Below are positions 19,499 to 27,963 of a stretch of 64,000 nt of DNA, piece after piece. Made by a program: the position numbers and the translations under genes. Source of the stretch: Candidatus Heimdallarchaeota archaeon (GTDB lineage Archaea; Asgardarchaeota; Heimdallarchaeia; Heimdallarchaeales; Heimdallarchaeaceae); the NCBI GenBank assembly GCA_019057375.1, contig DXJF01000050.1, forward strand, positions 32,001 to 96,000. The letters are read 5' to 3'. The notes beneath the pieces are model-generated. The model had not been told where the DNA came from. It saw only the letters and a program-made list of their open reading frames with translations, and made no database searches. Each line of letters begins with the position of its first letter. The first letter of the stretch is position 1.

Positions 19499-20143
19499 GT
19501 GATGAAAATGAAAAATGAAGAGCTCTCTGAAGAAGACACTGAAAGCAGTTCTTTAACAAGACTGATTCTTAAAATCAAGAATGCTGCAGAAGAAGAAGCT
19601 AAAATAATAAATAGGGAAGCTAAGCAAAAATTGGAAGAGATAGAAAAAGGAACCAAAAAACTTGTTGATGAAGTTAAAAAACAAGAGTTAGAAAAAGAAA
19701 CCTCTAGATTGGAATTTATTAAAAAAAGAACAGAAACTGAATTTGAACAAAAAGCAAAGAAAATAACTATTCAAGCTAGAGAAAGTTTAATTGATCAGGT
19801 CTTTGAGAAAGTAAAAAAGGAAATGCTAGTATTGAGAAATAATAAAGGATATTCAAAATATTTAGAAAATCTTCTCATTTATACGATAAGGAACATCACA
19901 GCACAAAGGATGAAAATTATTGCAGATAAAAAGGATAAGGAGATATTAAATAAAATCACAGCAAATATCGCTCAAAAGGAAAAGATAAACTTCAAAGTAG
20001 ATGTCTCGTCTTTGAAGACACATGGTGGGTTCATTCTCACAGATGATTATGGGAGAATTAGGATTGATTATACGATTGAAAACACATTGAAAGCCAGTAG
20101 AGATAAAATTAGAACTAAAATAAATGAGATTCTGTTTGCATAG
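19499..20143 (+). CDS. atpE: A/V-type ATPase subunit E
   Basis: N-terminal coiled coil followed by GGFIL...RIRIDYTIE, typical of subunit E. Confidence 0.85.
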   Translation: MMKMKNEELSEEDTESSSLTRLILKIKNAAEEEAKIINREAKQKLEEIEKGTKKLVDEVKKQELEKETSRLEFIKKRTETEFEQKAKKITIQARESLIDQVFEKVKKEMLVLRNNKGYSKYLENLLIYTIRNITAQRMKIIADKKDKEILNKITANIAQKEKINFKVDVSSLKTHGGFILTDDYGRIRIDYTIENTLKASRDKIRTKINEILFA

Positions 20144-22207
20144 GTGAAGAAAATGGGTTTATTTCCAGATAAAATGTTAGAAGCAACGATAATAACACCG
20201 AAAGAAGTGTTTCCTCAAGTAGTTATTAGAATAGCTGAAACTGAAAGCTTGATGATAAAGCATAATATATCTATAGAAGGATTGGAAGACTTTTATCCAT
20301 CAAACAAAATGGAAAAAATTAGACAATTAGAATCGGCTTATAAAGATCTTATAGTTCAAATTCCTGAACCTAAGGAGAAATTTAGACAAAAAATAGCTAG
20401 AGCTTATAAAAAACAGAAAACGATATCACCTATTTTTAAGAACTGGGAGAATTTAGAGGATATAGAAACAAAACTAGAAAATCAGATTAATATCTTTAAC
20501 AGTGAACTTAAGAATTTAAAGAATAAATTGGAAGAACTTACTGAATTAAAAGAAAAAGACCAACTAATTGCGAAAGGTTTTAGACTTATAGAAGAAGAAC
20601 GACCGTATAATGTAGATTCTGATGAGAGTGCATTAATAGGAGTATTAACAACATCTAGAATTGAAGATGCGGAAAACTTTGTTTCCCATTTTAAGAAACA
20701 TGAAGTAATTTTCTTGGTTAAAGATAGACATTTTGTTTACGTTAAAGGAAAAAAAGGAGAAATATCTAAACTTATCAAAGAATTATCTATTGTAAGATGG
20801 TATAAACACAACTATAAAGGTCCGATTCATTTAGATAAAACTGAACTTGAGGAAGAAATTCTAAATGAGTTTAATAACTTAAGTGAAGAAGTATCTAAAA
20901 TTGAAAATGACCTAAAACAATTTGCAATAAAACATAAAGAGGATATTGTAGCAATAAAATTGTCAATCGAAAGCTACAGTCACTTCTTAAATATATACGT
21001 TTCCGCAAAGCAAACCAAGAAAATAGTAGTTTTTCAAGGATGGGTATCAGAAAAGGAAATTGGGATAATTGAGGAAACCATAGGTGAGTTTCCAGAGGTA
21101 ATACTGGAATATGATGAACCTCCAGAAGAGATGAAAAACATCCCTGTAGCTCCAGCAAAGAATCCTATTAAGAGTGCATTTCAGAATATTGTAGCTCTTT
21201 ATGGACTTCCTGCATCTAAAGAGGTAGATCCAACGATTTTCTTAATTTTTACATTTAGTATTTTCTTTGGAATTATGTTTGGTGATGTAGGTCACGGTCT
21301 AATTTTCCTTGTAATTGGTTTAACTGGAGTATTAGCTAGGGGGTTGAAAAAAAGTATTAGACAAATGTTTCTACTTGTACTAGTAATGGGTATTACTTCG
21401 TCAATTATGGGATTCATTTTTGGTGAAGCCTTTGGTTTTCATATTGTTGAGATATTAGGGATCAGAGGACCGGGAGATCATACTCCAGTATATCTATTTG
21501 GATTAGAATATCCCTTCATCAGTCCAATTAAGGATTTGGTAGAAATTTTCAATTTAACTCTGATTATAGGAGCTCTTCATGTCATATTAGGAATAATTCT
21601 TAGAACAATAAATCAGATAAGGCATAAGGAGTATGCAGAAATAATAGAAGAAACAACTCCTCAAGTTTTTCTTTATGCAGCAGTTATATATTTTCTTTCC
21701 AGCCTGGGAATTCTAAACATTGGAATTGATCCAGCTGGTAAAGGTTTTCTTTTAGTTGGGCTTGTTTCTGTCATTATTGGAGTAGGATTAACGCTTTTTG
21801 GTCAAGGGATTGTGTCTATCTTGTTCAAAAAGAAGAGAAAAAATATATTTCGTAGTTTTCTTAGTGGAATGGGGATGGGGTTAATACACCTTCTAGAATC
21901 TTTTAGTTCTTTCATAAGTAACACTATTTCTTATGGAAGAATGCTTGCAATGCTCATTGCTCATGCGGTTTTCCTGAGTGTTATTAATGCATTAGCTGAG
22001 CAAGTTGAATTTATTCTCTTTAAAATACTAATTTTAGTAATTGGTAATATCTTTGTACTAGTTCTTGAAGGTTTATTAGTTTTTGTTCAAACTTTAAGAT
22101 TACATTTTTATGAATTCTTCAGTAAATTCTATGAAGGAAGTGGAATTCAACATAAACCAGTTTTTGTTTTCAATAAAGAAATGGATTTGAGTAAATATGG
22201 CAATTGA
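20144..22207 (+). CDS. atpI: A/V-type ATPase subunit I (a)
   Basis: Soluble N-terminal half, then YGLP...EVDPT, FFGIMFGDVGHG, the essential Arg in SYGRMLA, and LRLHFYEFFSKFYEGSG. Confidence 0.95.
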   Translation: MKKMGLFPDKMLEATIITPKEVFPQVVIRIAETESLMIKHNISIEGLEDFYPSNKMEKIRQLESAYKDLIVQIPEPKEKFRQKIARAYKKQKTISPIFKNWENLEDIETKLENQINIFNSELKNLKNKLEELTELKEKDQLIAKGFRLIEEERPYNVDSDESALIGVLTTSRIEDAENFVSHFKKHEVIFLVKDRHFVYVKGKKGEISKLIKELSIVRWYKHNYKGPIHLDKTELEEEILNEFNNLSEEVSKIENDLKQFAIKHKEDIVAIKLSIESYSHFLNIYVSAKQTKKIVVFQGWVSEKEIGIIEETIGEFPEVILEYDEPPEEMKNIPVAPAKNPIKSAFQNIVALYGLPASKEVDPTIFLIFTFSIFFGIMFGDVGHGLIFLVIGLTGVLARGLKKSIRQMFLLVLVMGITSSIMGFIFGEAFGFHIVEILGIRGPGDHTPVYLFGLEYPFISPIKDLVEIFNLTLIIGALHVILGIILRTINQIRHKEYAEIIEETTPQVFLYAAVIYFLSSLGILNIGIDPAGKGFLLVGLVSVIIGVGLTLFGQGIVSILFKKKRKNIFRSFLSGMGMGLIHLLESFSSFISNTISYGRMLAMLIAHAVFLSVINALAEQVEFILFKILILVIGNIFVLVLEGLLVFVQTLRLHFYEFFSKFYEGSGIQHKPVFVFNKEMDLSKYGN

Positions 22208-22676
22208 AGGATATGTATTAGGAATAATTGGAATCGCAGGAACTATGCTAACAATTTTGGGAGCTGGTATTCCGCTAGCAAAAGGAGTTCAAGCAGCTGC
22301 TGCAGCAGTTGCAGAAAAGCAGAGATTAAATATTTTCATATTGATCTATTTAGCTTTAGCGGAGGCTTTAGCTATATATGGGCTCTTAATAGCATTTGTA
22401 ATGTATACTAAGATTCAACCTTATCTTGATGGTACTTTGCAATTAGCAGATTTTAGTCTAACTTACGGTTGGATTTACATTGCAGCGATGTTCATTATGG
22501 TTGTATCTAATCTAGGAGCAGCAATTACATTGGCAAAAGGAGAACCAGCAGCTATTGGTTCAATAACAGCAAATTCAGAAGTGTTCACACCAAATCTGAT
22601 ATATCTAGGTCTTGGTGAGGCGTTAGCAATCTATGGTCTACTAATTGCATTCATACTCCTAAATATCGTTGTTTGA
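22197..22676 (+). CDS. atpK: A/V-type ATPase proteolipid subunit K (c), two-hairpin form
   Basis: Four hydrophobic helices; EALAIYGLLIAF occurs twice (E56 and E141). Confidence 0.92.
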   Translation: MAIEGYVLGIIGIAGTMLTILGAGIPLAKGVQAAAAAVAEKQRLNIFILIYLALAEALAIYGLLIAFVMYTKIQPYLDGTLQLADFSLTYGWIYIAAMFIMVVSNLGAAITLAKGEPAAIGSITANSEVFTPNLIYLGLGEALAIYGLLIAFILLNIVV

Positions 22677-22686
22677 CGAGGTTCAT

Positions 22687-23742
22687 CTAAATAAGGCTTA
22701 CAATTAATTCCCTGGTTTTTTCAACAGGGAACTTATACTCCTTGAGATATAACAGTTTATTCAAATCCTGAATCTGAGCTTCGTATTGTTTAAGATAACA
22801 GAGGATACTTAGAAGTCCAAAGTCACTATAGTAAACCTTTCTTATAAATTCTAATTCTCTCGCTCTCAAGGCAATCTCTATGTGCAAAAACATTTTATCT
22901 TTCTCATATCGCTCTATACCTTCAGTTAGTTTAGCTTGATTTAAGGATTTGAGAATTTCTAAATCAATGTTTAAACTTCGTTCATCAGCAAGGGATACAA
23001 TCTGTCTTCTGAATGGTATATCTTTTGGTAATGATATTAACTCTAAAGCATCCTTTACATCAACGTTTACAAAATCAGCTTTTAGTATAACTAGGAGAAC
23101 ACTTGTAATCAGCTCTTGATGAACAAAGCTTATTGCACCACTTCTTTGATTTCTAGGAAGTTTTTGAGCTTTTTCTAACATCAAATTCAAATAGTGGACA
23201 TTTAAAGCAAACTCAAGTGGCCAGATATCTCCCACTTTGCTATAAAGTATTTCAGATATTTCGATTACCTTCTTATACTCTGTTAGTTTTATTTTTTCAA
23301 GAAAAACACCTAAATCTTCGCTCTGTAGAAGCTTTGCTATAAAAGAAGTTCTCCCAAGCATCTCTTGAGCTCGTAAATTGATTACATCTCTTAAATTGAC
23401 TTCAGCCTTTGAGTAAAGGTATCTAATAATCCTCTGAAGATTCATTACCTCGAATTTAATCATATATGCTTCAAGAAATTCTTTTCCCCATTTAGGCATG
23501 TTTTGAAGTATGAAATCATATTGATCTAATAATTGTCTTGTTAGAATACGCTCTATCTCATGAGATTGATAAGATGGCTCCAACCTAAGAATCTCACCAA
23601 TTTCAAAAGAAGTCAAATGATTTATGAAGGCTTCATAAGGTTTATTTATTAAGTTTTCAAAGTCTTCATTAGAAAGAAGTTTAGCATGTTGCCCTCTTAC
23701 ATAACTAGTGAGAAAAGATATGTCCGGTGAGATATTTGCCAT
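22687..23742 (-). CDS. atpC: A/V-type ATPase subunit C (d/AC39 family)
   Basis: YVRGQHAKLLSNEDFENL, EVMNLQRIIR and YLKQYEAQIQDL follow subunit C. ATG at 23742 (alternative TTG at 23745). Confidence 0.8.
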   Translation of the reverse strand: MANISPDISFLTSYVRGQHAKLLSNEDFENLINKPYEAFINHLTSFEIGEILRLEPSYQSHEIERILTRQLLDQYDFILQNMPKWGKEFLEAYMIKFEVMNLQRIIRYLYSKAEVNLRDVINLRAQEMLGRTSFIAKLLQSEDLGVFLEKIKLTEYKKVIEISEILYSKVGDIWPLEFALNVHYLNLMLEKAQKLPRNQRSGAISFVHQELITSVLLVILKADFVNVDVKDALELISLPKDIPFRRQIVSLADERSLNIDLEILKSLNQAKLTEGIERYEKDKMFLHIEIALRARELEFIRKVYYSDFGLLSILCYLKQYEAQIQDLNKLLYLKEYKFPVEKTRELIVSLI

Positions 23743-24059
23743 CAAAAGAACAAGAGATTATAGAACAAATAAAGATTGCTGAACGACAAGCAGACCAAAT
23801 TGTATCTGAAGCTAATAATGAATCATCTTTTCTAATTGAAAAAGCTCAAAGCGATAGAGTAAGAAGGTTGGAACAGGCAAAACATGAAGCGAGAGAGATA
23901 CTCAAGAAGAAAATTGAGGAAGCGAGAGATACAAAACAGTTCGAGCAGTTAATAATTGAAGCTGAAAAAGAATCTGCAGAATTAATAGGTACTACTAAGG
24001 ATAAAATTTCAAAAGCAGCTAAAGAAGTTGCAAAATTCATACTAGACATCAATGAATAG
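23736..24059 (+). CDS. atpH: A/V-type ATPase subunit H (G-like peripheral stalk)
   Basis: About 107-110 aa, EIIEQIKIAERQADQIVSEA coiled coil, ends KEVAKFIL. Start is TTG 23736 or GTG 23727. Confidence 0.75.
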   Translation: MPSKEQEIIEQIKIAERQADQIVSEANNESSFLIEKAQSDRVRRLEQAKHEAREILKKKIEEARDTKQFEQLIIEAEKESAELIGTTKDKISKAAKEVAKFILDINE

Positions 24060-24060
24060 C

Positions 24061-24068
24061 TTTTTTTT
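24061..24068 (+). terminator. Oligo-T terminator after atpH
   Basis: T8 run immediately after the atpH stop codon. Confidence 0.5.
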
Positions 24069-24808
24069 CATTCATCAACTAGTTCAAAATCATCAATCTC
24101 ATCAAATTCTATTTCTTCAAATTCAACCTCTTCTATCTCTTCTGAAGAGTCCTCTTTTAGATCTTCTAGGTGATCTTCTACCATTTCTACGAGTTCTGAT
24201 ATCTCATCCACAATAAAGGGAGTATCTAACTCTCCTTCATCTGAATATCCCCAATTTACTCCAAAACAGGGAATTTTTAACATCTCAGAAACATAAACAT
24301 CATTAGGTAAATCACCAACAAAAATTCCTCTAGCGATGGTATCTGGGTCTATGTTGTGAACGATTAACTCAAATTTGTCATCTCCAGCTAATAGCTGGTC
24401 AAAAGGATTATCCTTACCAAAAAGTTTCTCCATCAAGATATTAGAAGCAGTTTCATCTTCCATCAGTGGATTCTGTGTAACCAAAATGAGTGAAATATTT
24501 TCATCTAATTCTTTGATCTTCAACAAAGTTTCTTGTACTTCAGGATATAATTCAACTATTTCCGTAAATTTTTTTTTCTGAAGATTGGCTATTTTATTTT
24601 TCTTAATCAAGAGTTTAACAGGGTTCACCGGATATTTGAAGAACATGGCCATACTTTGTCCTTTTCTGGATGCATCTTTGTACATCTGCTTAATTTTGCT
24701 GCTAGGAAAATCTTTTCCTAAAGCTTCTTTGAAAACTTGTCGAGTTACTTCTAGAGTATCAACTAAAGTTCCTCCAAAATCGAAAAAGATAGGAATAGTA
24801 TCACTCAT
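24068..24808 (-). CDS. HAD-superfamily hydrolase with an acidic C-terminal tail
   Basis: FFDFGGTLVDT (motif I variant), LVTQN, FVGDLPNDV and GVNWGY. The last ~40 aa are mostly E/D. Confidence 0.8.
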   Translation of the reverse strand: MSDTIPIFFDFGGTLVDTLEVTRQVFKEALGKDFPSSKIKQMYKDASRKGQSMAMFFKYPVNPVKLLIKKNKIANLQKKKFTEIVELYPEVQETLLKIKELDENISLILVTQNPLMEDETASNILMEKLFGKDNPFDQLLAGDDKFELIVHNIDPDTIARGIFVGDLPNDVYVSEMLKIPCFGVNWGYSDEGELDTPFIVDEISELVEMVEDHLEDLKEDSSEEIEEVEFEEIEFDEIDDFELVDE

Positions 24809-24859
24809 GGTTTAGAAATATATTATCCCCTTTTAAATAAAAAGGTAAAAGAGAAATAT

Positions 24860-25846
24860 CTATCTCTTGAATCTCCTTTTCTTTGACCTTTCCGTTTCTC
24901 TATGTCTAGATTTAAGTCCAAGTTGTAACGTTCTACCCGCAAGAATGAGACCAGCAATTGCACCGAAAATTCCAAAATAGAATAGGATACTCTGAACCGC
25001 TAGATAAATACCAGCTAGTCCTACTGCTGCGAAAATAGTAGTTAATACTCCAACTTGTATCCAATAGGAAGTTTCTCGGGGAACATCAGTTAGTACTGTC
25101 CTACCAGTTGCCCCATCTAATGTAGCATTGTGTTTCTTTCCAGCTGCTTCAAATTCAATGAAATAGAATGGTATGTGTAATAAATAAACACCTTTTATTT
25201 CTGGTTGATCTCTAACTTCAAGAATTTGAGCTAATTCTTTGAGCATCAGTCCTTTATGTATCTCTCTCATCGAGTGTGTAGCTTCATTTTTGGCTTGATC
25301 TAAATCGAATATACTAGGAACAACATCAGCTTTAACTTTCTCTGCCTCGAGTGCTTGGAAAAACCTCTTACCTCTGGTTGATATTTCAAAGTTGATTAAA
25401 TCAGTTTTTGCTTCTTCAGCTGCATATATTATGAACTCTCTAGTATCATCAAATACTCCTTGTTCAGGTTTCAGATGAGTACTGATATGCCTATATCCGG
25501 ATTTGTATCGATTGCTAAATGTAGCATATTCTCCATTTCCTTTGTATTCTGTTCGGAGGTGAACAGTTACAATGAAATAGGGATAGAATTTAAGATCTAA
25601 TTTAGTAATTTTTAATGATTTATGCAAATCTTCAGGAGCACCTGGATATTTAAGTATGTCACCTACAAGTTCAGTTCTAATTTGCTCAACATCATAAACT
25701 ACTGGTAACATAAAATGTTCAATCAGGTCTGTTACTTTCTTTAGTTCACTTGTTACAGAACAATATGGACATGTAACATGTGATTGTGTAGCTTCTAATT
25801 CTAAAGGTGCAGCACAATTTGGGCACATTATTGATCTTACACTCAT
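24860..25846 (-). CDS. Zinc-ribbon membrane protein, YdjG-like (paralog 1)
   Basis: CPNCAAP...CPYC, FYPYF, HIPFYFIEFE...LDGATG, and two C-terminal TM helices. Confidence 0.7.
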   Translation of the reverse strand: MSVRSIMCPNCAAPLELEATQSHVTCPYCSVTSELKKVTDLIEHFMLPVVYDVEQIRTELVGDILKYPGAPEDLHKSLKITKLDLKFYPYFIVTVHLRTEYKGNGEYATFSNRYKSGYRHISTHLKPEQGVFDDTREFIIYAAEEAKTDLINFEISTRGKRFFQALEAEKVKADVVPSIFDLDQAKNEATHSMREIHKGLMLKELAQILEVRDQPEIKGVYLLHIPFYFIEFEAAGKKHNATLDGATGRTVLTDVPRETSYWIQVGVLTTIFAAVGLAGIYLAVQSILFYFGIFGAIAGLILAGRTLQLGLKSRHRETERSKKRRFKR

Positions 25847-25847
25847 T

Positions 25848-26831
25848 TTAGTCCACCACCGATTTAGGTTTGAAAGTATTCTTAAGCGTGAAGAATCCTA
25901 ATGCTGCCGCAACAATTCCCGCTATTATTGGCACATAAACTACAGTATTGAAGAAGTAGCTCAAAACTCCAGCTCCTCCTAGAATTAATACCGTTAGTGA
26001 GAGAAAAATAATTCTGAAAATTGTTGTAACAGGAATTTCTCCTAGTATTATTTTCCCAGAACTACCTAAAATAGCTACTCTGTAAGTTTCTCCTTTGAAC
26101 TCATATTCTATCTGCCAAACTGGAGCATGTAAGAAATAAGTGCCAGAGTAAGTTAATTGTGTAGCGCAATCGAAAACTTTAGTGCAAGCTCTCTCAGCTT
26201 GAGCTCTATGATTATCAAAAACAATAGTTTTACCTAGTTGATTTGCTGCATCCAAATCTATTTCTGATGAAAGATAGTTGAATTCTTTTTCATCAGCCAG
26301 TAATTGATCATGGTTAAATTGAACTGCATTTGCAAATTCTGTTCTCACGATATCTTTTACTCTATCATATCCATAAATTGAACTACCTCTCCTTCCAAGT
26401 AAAACATCTGCTCGTTTTTCCCTTATTTCTCTGTCGATTGGTCGGTAAACTGTAACACTTTCAGTTACTGTTCGTCTATTTTTTCCAGTACCTGCTGTTC
26501 TAGTTCTTGTTTCAGTGTATCTGAGGTATCCTACAAAATGGGTATACGCATCAGAAGTTACAACCCAAAAGGGCATCAATGTTGGGGTAATGTTTGTAAT
26601 CTTGTAACCTTTAATTCCCCTCATGAAACCTTTTTTCCTAATAAGCTCCTTCACAATATCGTGTATCTTTTTCTGACTGAGCGTATTCCTTAGGATATAA
26701 TGATTATCAAATTTAGATCCATCAGCTAGAATAGCTTGTCCACAAGATACACAGTTAAAGATTGCGTCCTCTGGATTAACATCCATTGGAGCATTGCAAT
26801 GAGGACATTGAAATTTCTTAATTAGGCTCAT
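25848..26831 (-). CDS. Zinc-ribbon membrane protein, YdjG-like (paralog 2)
   Basis: CPHCNAP...CVSC, LMPFWVV, HAPVWQIEYEFKGETY...GSSGK, and two C-terminal TM helices. Confidence 0.7.
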   Translation of the reverse strand: MSLIKKFQCPHCNAPMDVNPEDAIFNCVSCGQAILADGSKFDNHYILRNTLSQKKIHDIVKELIRKKGFMRGIKGYKITNITPTLMPFWVVTSDAYTHFVGYLRYTETRTRTAGTGKNRRTVTESVTVYRPIDREIREKRADVLLGRRGSSIYGYDRVKDIVRTEFANAVQFNHDQLLADEKEFNYLSSEIDLDAANQLGKTIVFDNHRAQAERACTKVFDCATQLTYSGTYFLHAPVWQIEYEFKGETYRVAILGSSGKIILGEIPVTTIFRIIFLSLTVLILGGAGVLSYFFNTVVYVPIIAGIVAAALGFFTLKNTFKPKSVVD

Positions 26832-26878
26832 TAATACTACAGTTTACATTAGCTATTATAAAATTTCATATAAGAATC

Positions 26879-26900
26879 GCGAAATTCCAGATATTTTCGC
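26879..26900. other. Short inverted repeat downstream of the MinD-like gene
   Basis: GCGAAA (26879-26884), 10-nt spacer, TTTCGC (26895-26900). Confidence 0.35.
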
Positions 26901-26904
26901 AATA

Positions 26905-27759
26905 TTAGACCTTATTTTTCTTCATTTTGTCTATATCTTGAATCACCTTGTCTACCATTTCAGATAGTTTTTCATAAAGAATTGAATTTTCAGGAAAGAT
27001 ATACTCTCCTTTTATCCCCAGTTCCATGATTTCGAATGATATTGGTAAGAAGTCTAGAAAAGTGATCTTATCAGGTTTATAGATTTTTATAAGTTCGTTT
27101 TTCCATTCTTCCAATAATTTCTGATTTTCATCTTTCAATTTTGGAGGTAATTGATTAAATACGAAGAAGCTAAGAGATCTTATGTCTAATTTTTTGTATA
27201 TATCTCTCAACATCTGTTTTGCTCCTTCAAAGCTGAAAGTGGAGGGTCTGATTACAAAAATTCGAGCATCTGCTATGGCAGCAGCATTAACTGACTCCAT
27301 TCTGTAACCAGGGGCTAAATCATAAACAACGTATCTAAACCCCATTCTTTGGAGAAATTTTGTCATTTCATGTAGAGCAAAGAAAGAATACTGTTGAATA
27401 TCTTCAAGAAGTGAAAGCAAACCTTCACCATACTCGACATTTTCCTTTGCAACAATTAGATGTAAATTAGGATTCTTTGTTTTAAGAAGTACATCTTCAC
27501 TGACTTTCTTTTTTCCCATAAGAATATCATTTATGGTATGTTTAATCTTTTTATCTGGAATTTTAAAGATGTGCTGAATTGTTGGTTGTGCTATATCTAA
27601 GTCTACTAAAATGGTTTTATTCCCTCTTCTAGCAAGTTCATGAGCTATGTTACATGATAGAGTTGTTTTACCAGGACCACCTTTTTGAGAATGAAGGATT
27701 ATTATATCCAATCTAGCTGAAGCCATTTCCTTTAGTTTTCCAAAATCAATACTAGACAT
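26905..27759 (-). CDS. MinD/ParA-family ATPase
   Basis: Deviant Walker A KGGPGKTT with the signature Lys, VDLD and YDLAPG. GGTGA RBS at 27764-27768. Confidence 0.88.
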   Translation of the reverse strand: MSSIDFGKLKEMASARLDIIILHSQKGGPGKTTLSCNIAHELARRGNKTILVDLDIAQPTIQHIFKIPDKKIKHTINDILMGKKKVSEDVLLKTKNPNLHLIVAKENVEYGEGLLSLLEDIQQYSFFALHEMTKFLQRMGFRYVVYDLAPGYRMESVNAAAIADARIFVIRPSTFSFEGAKQMLRDIYKKLDIRSLSFFVFNQLPPKLKDENQKLLEEWKNELIKIYKPDKITFLDFLPISFEIMELGIKGEYIFPENSILYEKLSEMVDKVIQDIDKMKKNKV

Positions 27760-27954
27760 TAATTCACCGGACAGGTATTATCTTTTTTAGTCCTTTTTAT
27801 TCTTTACTGCATAAAATAATGTTCTTTCACGGAATAAATGTGTTTTTTTCGTATAAAAATACCAACAGCAACCTTTTATTTATTAAACAATTAGTACAGT
27901 TAAATAAGGTTAATGTACTCTGGTATAAGTCTCTAAGGCAATAATAATAAATTG

Positions 27955-27959
27955 GGTGA
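27955..27959 (+). promoter_or_regulatory. Archaeal Shine-Dalgarno GGTGA
   Basis: GGTGA 4 nt before the ATG at 27964. The same motif precedes the starts at 27759, 32426 and 38114. Confidence 0.65.
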
Positions 27960-27963
27960 ATAA

